From positions 1-32,000 of the forward strand of contig JAFGBS010000026.1 in NCBI GenBank assembly GCA_016933055.1: a stretch of DNA of 32,000 nt, given 5' to 3'. Position 1 is the stretch's first letter; each line of letters starts with the position of its first letter. Origin of the DNA: Promethearchaeota archaeon (GTDB taxonomy: Archaea; Asgardarchaeota; Lokiarchaeia; Sigyniarchaeales; Promethearchaeaceae). Positions 9,155-17,943 of this stretch are shown one piece after another. A model generated the notes under the pieces. The model did not search any database, was not told the origin of the DNA, and saw only the letters and a program-made list of their open reading frames with translations. The translations under genes and the position numbers were made by a program.

Positions 9155-10963
9155 TTATTTCTTCATTGCAGCCTGGTATCGCGGATCTTCTTCCTGTAAA
9201 GTTCTCCGCATTACCTTTCCGACCATGCTTTTTGGAATTTCATCACGGAATTCAATTTCACCGGGGACTTTATAGTGAGTCATATTTTCTTTACACCATG
9301 CTCGTAGAGACTCTGGTGTTAAATCGCTTCCATCTTTTACTTTAACCCACGCCTTCACCATTTCGCCGGTTTCAGGATCAGGAATACCAGCTGCAGCGAC
9401 TTCTAGAACATCGGGATGATGTCCGACAAGAGATTCAACCTCTTTGGGATACACGGAATATCCTTTCATTTTGATGAGTTGTTTTTTACGATCACGAATA
9501 ATACATCGACCAAATTCATCCATGAATCCGATATCTCCCGTGAGTAACCACATCTTGCCTCCCCATTCCTTAATTGTCTCAGCAGTTTGTTCAGGTCGGT
9601 CAAGATAACCTTTCATAACTTGGGGACCAGAAACACAAATCTCCCCAGTGTTCTCTTCACCTATTCCATCAATAGGGCCTTCGTCAAAATTGTCAGATGG
9701 GAAGATTTTCCAATCCGTTCCTGGAAATGGCATTCCAATTGTACCAACCGAGCGTTGTTCTCCATAAAAGTTTCCCGCACTTACTACAGGAGTTGATTCT
9801 GTAAGCCCATATCCTTCTGTGATTCGTGCTCCTGTTCGTTCTTCAAATTTATCTTGCACAGGTTTGTGTAAGGGACCTGCTCCAGATACACAGAGTTTGA
9901 GTTTGGCTAATCCCTCTCGATAGGGTTCTAGATTTTCGAGGTCTGCAATCCTTTGGAATAATACTTCAGCACCCGCATAGATCAGACCATTTGGAGCGTT
10001 GATTTTATTGAATGCTTCCAAAATCTCTTCAGTTAGTGGGGGTCGTGGAAATAACATCATCCAAGCTTTAGATGCAATCGCAATATTCATTACCACTGTG
10101 TGCGCAAAAGAATGGAACAGAGGTAATATACCAACCATCCCTGACTTCGGACCGAGTTGTTCGGCGTCAGCAGGTGCATCAGGGTCTTTCTGCTTAAGTA
10201 ACCAATACTGACACTGAAGTGCATTGCAGTACACATTGCGGTGGGTCAAAACGGCCGCTTTAGGAACGCCTGTAGTACCACCTGTCATAATAAGTGTCGC
10301 TGTATCATTCGCTTGGTCAATTTCGGCTCTAGGACTGTTAGGAGAAGCCTTTAAGAGGTCCGTGAAGTTATGAGCAGCAGGGACTTTACCTTTCGGAATC
10401 TTACCTAATAGTTTACCTAGGAAAATCTTGAAACCAGACAATCCCGTTGCTAGATCTGCAATATTTGTACTGATAAAGCCTTTTATAAGATCTAATTTAT
10501 CTGCAATTGGTTTTATCATCGATTCATATAATGCATCCAGAACGATGATATATTCGCTCTTGGTTATTTCTAATTGATGCAATACCTCTGCAGGTTTGTA
10601 GGTAGGGTTTACTCCTGTTGGGATAGCTCCTATCTTCTGTGCAGCATAATATGAAATAACGTATTGGGGAGAATTTCCGAGGATAATACTAATAACATCT
10701 CCTTTCTTCACACCAAGTTGAAGTAAACCATTAGCAAATCGATCTACATATTCTTTTAGTTCACCATAGCTAATCCACCCTTCTCCTACTGTGAAAAAAA
10801 GAGCTGGCCAGTCAGGTACTTCGGTAGCTGCTTCTTCTAGGAAATCGTACATAGTTTTACTTGCATCATAGGTTAGCTGAAAAGGCATGCCTTTTGGCCA
10901 AAATGGGCAGTGAAACCATGGTCGGTCTTCAGGAATATTTGTTGTAATTTCCATAATTGTCAT
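9155..10963 (-). CDS. fadD: Long-chain fatty-acid--CoA ligase (AMP-binding, FadD-like)
   Basis: MTGGTTGVPKA P-loop, EGYGLTE, LLTGDIG, DRKKQLIK and PKSMVGKV motifs. Confidence 0.9.
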   Translation of the reverse strand: MTIMEITTNIPEDRPWFHCPFWPKGMPFQLTYDASKTMYDFLEEAATEVPDWPALFFTVGEGWISYGELKEYVDRFANGLLQLGVKKGDVISIILGNSPQYVISYYAAQKIGAIPTGVNPTYKPAEVLHQLEITKSEYIIVLDALYESMIKPIADKLDLIKGFISTNIADLATGLSGFKIFLGKLLGKIPKGKVPAAHNFTDLLKASPNSPRAEIDQANDTATLIMTGGTTGVPKAAVLTHRNVYCNALQCQYWLLKQKDPDAPADAEQLGPKSGMVGILPLFHSFAHTVVMNIAIASKAWMMLFPRPPLTEEILEAFNKINAPNGLIYAGAEVLFQRIADLENLEPYREGLAKLKLCVSGAGPLHKPVQDKFEERTGARITEGYGLTESTPVVSAGNFYGEQRSVGTIGMPFPGTDWKIFPSDNFDEGPIDGIGEENTGEICVSGPQVMKGYLDRPEQTAETIKEWGGKMWLLTGDIGFMDEFGRCIIRDRKKQLIKMKGYSVYPKEVESLVGHHPDVLEVAAAGIPDPETGEMVKAWVKVKDGSDLTPESLRAWCKENMTHYKVPGEIEFRDEIPKSMVGKVMRRTLQEEDPRYQAAMKK

Positions 10964-10987
10964 CTCTTTATAATATTATTAACACCC

Positions 10988-11474
10988 ATAGGGAGGGATT
11001 TAACTATCACTCCCTCCGAAACTACGGTTAACTATACTATCTATTTATTCTAATATAAATATCACTCTCTAATAGTCTATTCATTGACATCTATTCTATC
11101 CATAGGAGTTATTGTTTATTGCTGTAGTCGATAGAAGAAACAACTTTAATTGATTGTAAGGTAAACATTATGTTTTAAATTGACAAGTGTACGGTCAGGG
11201 CTCTTGCGATTTGGTATTTTTTATTAATTTTTTCATTAATTAACATATATTCTACCCTTTAGAACGAGTAGGTAAATGATAGAAGCAAAAACTATCATAA
11301 AACATCACTGAAAATCTCTATCCGATTTACCCAAGCGTAGCGATGGATAAAAGGAACACCTACCTTAAAACCTATGAATCTGTTCGACCAGAATAGAGGA
11401 ATAGGTGTTTAGCGTAGTTTAAAGAATAAGGTTCTAAATTACTATTCCGTGTAAAGTAGAGATCATAGGATAGG
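10988..11474. repeat. Hairpin-rich non-coding segment A1
   Basis: Inverted repeats GGAGGGA/TCCCTCC (10992-11017), ATGATAG/CTATCAT (11276-11298) and AACACCTA/TAGGTGTT (11355-11409); two blocks match 16373-16435. Confidence 0.6.
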
Positions 11475-11847
11475 GTAGCACCTAATTTAATTAAATAAAT
11501 ATGAAATCATAGAATTAGAGGCACAGAATGAAAATAATTTCTATTGTATGGATTTACCGGTAGTGGAGTATTTTTACGGGAAACATTGGTATTGTAAGAT
11601 TTCGTGGAAATTTGTTTCTATTCAAATAGAATTGCTTTAGATTGTTCTTGTGATATTAACGTAGTATTTGGGCTAATTCCTTTTTTTATTTCGACACTCG
11701 TGGCAAGAACGATTTTTTCTTCTATGGTATGCAGTATCATCATTTTAAGAATATCAGCATCGGGAGGGCTTAAGCATTTCCGATATGTATCCACCTTGAT
11801 CCAAGGGTTTTCTTTATTATCGAATTATTTTTGTACCTACGAACTTA

Positions 11848-11971
11848 ATCCGTACGAACTACGTTAAAAGTCTACTCGTGAAGCGATTTACCGTAGAAAT
11901 AGGACGTTTAGGGAAAAATAGGACAGATAGACTTTAAACAAGCGTGGAAGATATGGGATAGATGTTGATTA
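11848..11971. repeat. Non-coding repeat module A2
   Basis: Colinear similarity to 16070-16187; inverted repeat AAAGTCTA/TAGACTTT (11867-11935); direct repeat AAATAGGAC at 11897 and 11916. Confidence 0.55.
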
Positions 11972-12147
11972 TCAAATCATTACACACTAAAGTTTAATCC
12001 TCCTTTAGCTTAGAAACCATAACCAAAACCTGATTTTTTTTATTTATTTTTAAGAATCTGAATTGGAAACATATTTTTTCTTAGATTAACATTTAATTAA
12101 GTTCGGAAGTAATGCTAATCATAAAAAAATGAATAGATGAATTAAAT

Positions 12148-12594
12148 ATGCTAAAGGAAAATGATACCGCCCCTGATTTTACTTTACCCGATCAGGATGG
12201 AAATGATATAACACTTAGCGACTTGAAAGGACAGAAACTGGTAGTGTATTTTTATCCAAAAGACAATACCCCTGGATGCACTACAGAGGCTGTGAAATTT
12301 CGAGATAACATAGAGCAGTTTGCAGAAAAGGGATTTAAGATAATTGGTATATCTAAAGATAGTGTAGCCTCCCACAAAAAATTTCAACAAAAATATGATC
12401 TTAATTTTATGTTACTATCTGATAAGGATCTTGTCGCTGCTAAAGCATTTGGTGCTTATGAAGGGGGCAAAGTGAATCGCCGAACATGGATTATCGATGA
12501 AAAATGGAAAATCGAAAAAGTCTTTGAAAAAGTGTCTCCCAGTAATCATAAAGATGAGTTATGTGCGATTTATAATATAAAATCCTCGAAATAA
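12148..12594 (+). CDS. bcp: Peroxiredoxin, BCP/PrxQ family
   Basis: APDFTLPDQDG, YFYPKDNTPGCTTEA and LLSD motifs. Confidence 0.95.
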   Translation: MLKENDTAPDFTLPDQDGNDITLSDLKGQKLVVYFYPKDNTPGCTTEAVKFRDNIEQFAEKGFKIIGISKDSVASHKKFQQKYDLNFMLLSDKDLVAAKAFGAYEGGKVNRRTWIIDEKWKIEKVFEKVSPSNHKDELCAIYNIKSSK

Positions 12595-12732
12595 CTGTTA
12601 AATTCCAGTTTTGATAGTCCTTGCCTACATCGAGATTTTTTTGCTTTTTACGTTTAAAATTCCAAGAATCTAAAATAAGTTAAAAAAAAATAAAGGCGAG
12701 AACTTTGATTTTTATCTTACTGTTGAGGTATC

Positions 12733-13479
12733 GTGAACAATAAAACTCTCGCATATTTAGTAGGTGAACAAGGTACTCTTGTGCAGCTTAAACCAACAAT
12801 AATACTTCAGAACTTCAAATCTTACAATGTTATTTTATTTTATACTCCGTCAAAAAATCTCTATAATTGGATTGGGAGGAAAGCAAACTCACAAATAGTT
12901 GAATCCATCGAAAAAGCTGAACAATTAATATTGAATATGCATCCTGATATGACGGTATTAAGGCACATAACAGTAAAAGAGCAAGATAAGGATAGTTTAG
13001 ATGAATTTCTCGATGATATCGGGATCTCATTATTTGATTATAAAGAACGAGTAAGGTTATGGTGGGAATTTGAAATTTCAGTATATGCTGACATTCAAAA
13101 ATTAAAAATTAAAGAAAATAACCATTTGATGTTAAATCAATTAGAAAAAGTCATTGATGTAGCTAACAATATTATAAATCTAGCGGAGAAGATTCATGAT
13201 TCGAGCCTAGTTGAAGAAAAAAGATCATTTATTGAAGAAATAACCAAAAAATTGCATACATTCAATAAAAAAAACGCTACTTTATTGGAAATAGACAAGA
13301 TGATAACAGCTTTAAGAAATTGTATTCAAATCCAAGACATAGAAGAAGCCGTTACATTATATAATAGAATTTCCCTTCTCTATAAACGAATTAACGAAAA
13401 TCCAATTGATGACCACCAACGTGTGATCGATGATTATCTGCATTTTTATGATAAATGGGAAAAAAGTTTGCCTCCCTAA
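12733..13479 (+). CDS. Probable gelsolin-domain protein with C-terminal helical domain
   Basis: Residues 1-97 follow the gelsolin repeat pattern (FKSYNVILF, LYNWIGRKA, long helix, EFLDDIG); the remainder is amphipathic helices. GTG start. Confidence 0.65.
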   Translation: MNNKTLAYLVGEQGTLVQLKPTIILQNFKSYNVILFYTPSKNLYNWIGRKANSQIVESIEKAEQLILNMHPDMTVLRHITVKEQDKDSLDEFLDDIGISLFDYKERVRLWWEFEISVYADIQKLKIKENNHLMLNQLEKVIDVANNIINLAEKIHDSSLVEEKRSFIEEITKKLHTFNKKNATLLEIDKMITALRNCIQIQDIEEAVTLYNRISLLYKRINENPIDDHQRVIDDYLHFYDKWEKSLPP

Positions 13480-13568
13480 TTGGATTTAAAAGCATTCTAA
13501 GAAGTTCTTATCACTTATGAGCTTCTATATTCTCTATATCATGTAAAACGAAAGGAAAAACGAAAAAA

Positions 13569-14840
13569 CTATGAGTTAGTTTTTTCTTTTGGTTTAATCC
13601 AACCTCGACTTTTCATCATTTCCAAACGTTTTTGGTTAATTCTCTGTCGGGTTTTAGTATGACTATTCCAGAAACGAGTTCCTACGAGTTGCCATAATGT
13701 CCCAATAGTAAACGTAATTACAAGATTTACTGGATAAAACCACAAGTAATTCACATGCTGCAAATTTAACTGACTGAATGATATTGGATAACTTATTGTA
13801 CCAAAAGGGGCATTAAATGGAAGTAATAATCCGTAAATCAAAGAGAAGTAGAATATTTGGGTCGTAAGGATATGATAGGTCGATTTACTTAGTGTAGTGA
13901 TGAACCGGTATTGAGGACCGGAAGGGCTTTTGGGAAATATATTTAGTGTCAACATAACAATCAAAGCAGAATAAGGATACACAAATAAATTATAATCGAA
14001 AACTGTCCAAAAAGCGAATACGGGCCAACCAAAATATATTGCATAAATAACGAATGCAAAACTAGCTAAACCAAGCACCCAGACAATTATATTTTGAATT
14101 GCATCCCAGCGATGGTCTCTAGCAAGCCACATTCCCAAACCTATAGCAGACATTAACATAAAAGGCATAAAGGTGAAAATATTGATGCGGTAATCTACTC
14201 CATTCGCGTTAATGAATAATCGGATACTAAATTGAAAGCCTATTTCTATAATGTAGCATAATATGAGCGTAAATAAGGGAGTTATTGAAAACAGTTTATA
14301 GAGAAGTGGAAAAATTAAAATAGTGAGAAACAGCATTGGAATAAACCAATTACCGGGCCCCCATATGGGAAGCATAAGAAATATTTTAAGTATGGGTTCG
14401 TGTAATTCGGGAACTGGAAAGTTGAATGGATGATAGTAAATAATACTTAAGAAATCACTGCCAATAAATACATTCGCTAATATAAGGTAAATCAACGATA
14501 GTCCGTATATAATTGCAAAAGGCACCACAAATCGTTGGATTTTTGGTTTGAAATATCTTTCCCAGGAGTATAATGACTTTAATGACTGATCCTCCAATCT
14601 TTTCATGGATTTAGTCCAGTTGAAACCCAAAACCACCATGAATACGGGGATTGCTATTCTTTCCCATGCAAGGGCATGAAATAATCGCATGATGATGTGA
14701 GGTATAGAATGGTCAAGAATCACTAAGGCCATCATCCATACTTTTAGAAAATCAATTTGCCAAAAATTATTCGGATTTGGTCCTAGTTTATCAATTTCTT
14801 CAAATACATTCTTTTTAGGTTGAATTTCTATGTGTTCCAT
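13569..14840 (-). CDS. Acyltransferase family 3 (OafA/YrhL-like) membrane protein
   Basis: IDFLKVWMMALVILDH, AIPVFMVVLGF, GPGNWFIP and SKSTYHILTTQ motifs; about 10 TM segments. Confidence 0.85.
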   Translation of the reverse strand: MEHIEIQPKKNVFEEIDKLGPNPNNFWQIDFLKVWMMALVILDHSIPHIIMRLFHALAWERIAIPVFMVVLGFNWTKSMKRLEDQSLKSLYSWERYFKPKIQRFVVPFAIIYGLSLIYLILANVFIGSDFLSIIYYHPFNFPVPELHEPILKIFLMLPIWGPGNWFIPMLFLTILIFPLLYKLFSITPLFTLILCYIIEIGFQFSIRLFINANGVDYRINIFTFMPFMLMSAIGLGMWLARDHRWDAIQNIIVWVLGLASFAFVIYAIYFGWPVFAFWTVFDYNLFVYPYSALIVMLTLNIFPKSPSGPQYRFITTLSKSTYHILTTQIFYFSLIYGLLLPFNAPFGTISYPISFSQLNLQHVNYLWFYPVNLVITFTIGTLWQLVGTRFWNSHTKTRQRINQKRLEMMKSRGWIKPKEKTNS

Positions 14841-14921
14841 AGTGATGACTTCAATTTACATTTTGTAGTAGTATAAATACATTAGTAAAACTCAACAATT
14901 TTTATAATTTACCAAAATCTA

Positions 14922-15914
14922 CTAGAAAACTATTTCTTTGATTCTAATGCTTCCGGTACCTGTTTGAAATGTAAAAAAGAAGTTCTGTTCTGCTGGAAAA
15001 AATTCATTCTGATAGGGTGTAAAAGGTCCGGGAATTTCAAGGTCACTAGAAATGTCACCAGTGGAAGTAATCGCACTGATCTGTATCCCTGATTCCATAG
15101 GGAAATCATATCTCATGGATATTCTTCCCGTATCTGTTTCTATATTAAAAGTGGCATTTCGAGAACAGATAATCTCAGATTGATCAAAATGAAAATCAAT
15201 AATTCCACTGCGACTAGTCATGTTCCACATCTCTATTGTCGAGAATAATTCAACATTATCGAAAATTATATCCAATTTCCCCGCAATGGTATGAGTATCT
15301 AATGTTGATGAATCTAATGCAGTGTTATCCCCAAAATTTAAAGTCATATCCCCTGAACTTGAAAATACATTTAATTTGGCAATTATTGTCTGAGTTAAGA
15401 CAGAATCGAATACCAAATAGATATCTCCAGATTCAGTAGTTATATTGTACATAACGATCATGTCTGCGCGAATTGTGATATGTAAGTTATTATAAAAGGA
15501 ACGATCATCATTAGAGTCATATAATTTAGGTGCATTATAGGTAATCTGTAGAAATTCTCCTTCTTCATTTGCAGTAAAATTGGATGCATCCTCAACAATA
15601 GCAGCTCTTTTGCCGAAAAATCGATTTTCTGCTTCAAAAATGTTCTCTAATTCTTCTTTATAACTGATAAATATACTTCCTTCCGCATTCATAATGGTCA
15701 GGTTCAGAGTGGAGACATTTTCTGAATCATAGACGAAATCAATGCGATCCAGTAGAGTGTATCCAATTCTTGCTTCAGATTGAGTTAAAATAATCGCAGT
15801 TAAAGTTCCTGCGGTTATGACGATAGCAGTGATGATTGAAATTAGAATTATTTGTTCTTTTTTGATTTTCGACATTATCCGAGCACTCTTGTTGTAATTA
15901 GTGAAATACTTCAT
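14922..15914 (-). CDS. Membrane-anchored beta-strand repeat protein (DUF4097/adhesin-like)
   Basis: N-terminal TM helix followed by repeated xTxSGDIxL strands (TESGDIYL, SSSGDMTL, SRSGIIDF, TDTGRISM, TSTGDISS, TGTGSIRI). True start may be the second Met (MSKIKK). Confidence 0.75.
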   Translation of the reverse strand: MKYFTNYNKSARIMSKIKKEQIILISIITAIVITAGTLTAIILTQSEARIGYTLLDRIDFVYDSENVSTLNLTIMNAEGSIFISYKEELENIFEAENRFFGKRAAIVEDASNFTANEEGEFLQITYNAPKLYDSNDDRSFYNNLHITIRADMIVMYNITTESGDIYLVFDSVLTQTIIAKLNVFSSSGDMTLNFGDNTALDSSTLDTHTIAGKLDIIFDNVELFSTIEMWNMTSRSGIIDFHFDQSEIICSRNATFNIETDTGRISMRYDFPMESGIQISAITSTGDISSDLEIPGPFTPYQNEFFPAEQNFFFTFQTGTGSIRIKEIVF

Positions 15915-16002
15915 TGTTTTAATTTTTGTTTTTTTTTTTTATTTCTGATCGATAAAATCTGAGCCTAGCATCTTGCGTTCCACGAAACAGGCTAAAAGCT
16001 TA

Positions 16003-16446
16003 TTCACCTACACTAAAAGATAGGTGAAAAAATTGATTTAACGCAATAGGGATTATGACCCTAAGGTCCATCCGAAGAACTATGTGGCAATAAAAGTCTA
16101 CTATGTTGAAATTATGTACACGTAATGTTTAACATATAAACAACCTAAAATTCTAGAGGGCGGATATAACGGGATAGGTATTGACTAATCAACATCTATT
16201 CCGACCTTTCGGATACGTAGATAATCCCAAACACTTAAAACTATCGTAATACTCCACCGAACGTATAAAGTTGAATCCCTATCCAATTTGTTCTATGTGT
16301 TCAACCTATCCTATTGGATAGGTGGGTTTAAGGTGCACCTATGCTAAAAGAACCTATTCGATTACTCTTCACGAATAGGCTTTTTAGCATAGTTCTGAGA
16401 ATAAGGTTCTATCTATCCGAGCATAGCGATGGATAGGTAGGATAGG
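16003..16446. repeat. Hairpin chain B (CCTAT/ATAGG-rich non-coding element)
   Basis: Stems at 16003-16028, 16200-16213, 16304-16323, 16339-16392 and 16409-16440; 12 CCTAT/ATAGG pentamers within 16020-16446. Confidence 0.7.
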
Positions 16447-16492
16447 ATAGCATGGAAATTGATTAAACAAAAATCAAAATCAGAAAAGAAGA

Positions 16493-17149
16493 TTAAAGAT
16501 GTCCATTCCTTGAAAAGAACGATAGATCATGCCATCCAATGAGATATACTGTGATTAAAATAGTTGTTAAGAGGAAAACTATTGGATGAAATAACCAAGT
16601 AATTGCGGGGATAAGGAAATATAATCCTCGAATACCACTTGTCCAGTAATTTTGCGCAGCAGCGAATGATTTTTGCATTAATTTATAGGTTTCTTCGAAA
16701 AGTTCTTCTCTTTTTTTTGTATTTGCAGTGATTAAGAATTGACTTCTATAAAGCATCCTTATGGAAAATACAAAATTGAAAAGGGAAAAAATTGAAATCA
16801 TTCCAATCAGCACAATTTGAACAATTCCCACAGAAATCGTTATGCTTCCGAGAAAATCTGCATCTATATCTCCTAAAATTTCATATTGAAACAATCCAAT
16901 AATTAAACTTAAAAACAACAATAACCCAGAAATAAAAATAGAATTAGACATTATTGAGTTACGAATTGCCTGGATGGTAACTAAATGAGATAATTCATCG
17001 ATCCGAGCATCTACCCAATTTTTATAGGTACGTTCTATTGAAGCACGGTTGTAAAGTTTACCTGTTCTTTTGCAAATTACCATCATCATAACATAAATGA
17101 TGAGACAAAGAAGAAATGTGAAAAAAGCTGCTTCATCCCAACTAAACAT
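16493..17149 (-). CDS. DUF599-family membrane protein
   Basis: LVTIQAIRNSIMSNSIF and AQNYWTSGIRGLYFLIPAITWLFHP motifs resemble DUF599. ATG at 17149 preferred over TTG at 17167. Confidence 0.8.
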   Translation of the reverse strand: MFSWDEAAFFTFLLCLIIYVMMMVICKRTGKLYNRASIERTYKNWVDARIDELSHLVTIQAIRNSIMSNSIFISGLLLFLSLIIGLFQYEILGDIDADFLGSITISVGIVQIVLIGMISIFSLFNFVFSIRMLYRSQFLITANTKKREELFEETYKLMQKSFAAAQNYWTSGIRGLYFLIPAITWLFHPIVFLLTTILITVYLIGWHDLSFFSRNGHL

Positions 17150-17444
17150 AGCTCTCAACAAAAACAAGTAACTCTTGGTTAATAAAGATCACATTGTTTT
17201 ATTTTTCAAAAAGTTAACTGGTTTTTACTGCATTGGACGCCAATAATATTAAAATATAAACTACGTGTTCATATTTAAACAGCCTTATGTGTGAGATACG
17301 TAGTTGCATAGTCCAATTATTATAAAAATTGAGTTTCATAGTAGTGAGATTTTTAGAAAGATCAATGATCTTCTTATTTCCTAAAGATTTATATGAACTT
17401 GTTAATCAAACGATAGGTAGAAAATTTCATCATCAAAGTATCGA

Positions 17445-17747
17445 TTATTCAATAGGTTTGATTATATCATCCATTTTCAGAGCCTGTTTTTTGCAGTCAC
17501 ATTTTGCTATAATCCGCCAGCATTGAGGGCATTCTTCATTCACACATCCATAATGATGGTAATGTTGAGGAGCAATAAGAATCCCACATTCCTTACAACG
17601 ATTTCCAAGAGTCTCTCCACCATATGATATCAATTTCCGACTATACCACTTATCATTTATCTTAATTTGGTTGAATTTACAAGAATCGGTCGTCTCATCC
17701 ATTTCTTGATTACAATAAGAACATTTTGTCATAAATTTCCCTCTCAT
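17445..17747 (-). CDS. Small Cys/His-rich hypothetical protein (probable Zn-binding)
   Basis: CSYC ... RCKECG ... HHYGC..EECPQC ... CDC pattern. Confidence 0.7.
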   Translation of the reverse strand: MRGKFMTKCSYCNQEMDETTDSCKFNQIKINDKWYSRKLISYGGETLGNRCKECGILIAPQHYHHYGCVNEECPQCWRIIAKCDCKKQALKMDDIIKPIE

Positions 17748-17803
17748 TGATATTGGATTTTTTCCATATAAAACATTTCACTCTCGCATAACTGACACAG
17801 ATT

Positions 17804-17931
17804 TATCTCATAGATATTATTCAATTATTTTTTTATATACATTGGTATCCTTTATCTCTAATTGTGCGAATAAACTTCGTGAAACATCAGTTTGACGGTA
17901 ATGGATCAACATCTATGAGATAGGTAGATGT
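17804..17931. repeat. Inverted repeats in a divergent intergenic region (module C)
   Basis: TATCTCATAGAT (17804-17815) / ATCTATGAGATA (17911-17922); hairpin ACATCTA/TAGATGT (17909-17931); contains the shared 12-mer ATCAACATCTAT. Confidence 0.5.
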
Positions 17932-17943
17932 CTTCTGGATATT

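Noticed and set aside
11604-11867. Plus-strand 87-aa ORF in the intergenic gap
   Set aside because: Non-ATG start, Cys/Phe/Ile/Ser-rich composition typical of a shadow frame, and no recognisable motif.
15960-16450. CRISPR array or tRNA as the explanation for the hairpin chain
   Set aside because: No identical repeats at regular spacing, and no cloverleaf or T-loop signature found.
10980-16460. GTAG-footed bacterial REP elements
   Set aside because: GTAG/CTAC count at 15960-16460 (4) is about what base composition predicts; the enriched word is CCTAT/ATAGG, and no RAYT gene is in the window.
17259-17305. AACTACGT/ACGTAGTT inverted repeat upstream of the DUF599 gene
   Set aside because: An 8-bp stem with a 31-nt spacer; it resembles GAACTACGT at 11857, but is too short to assign to the repeat family.
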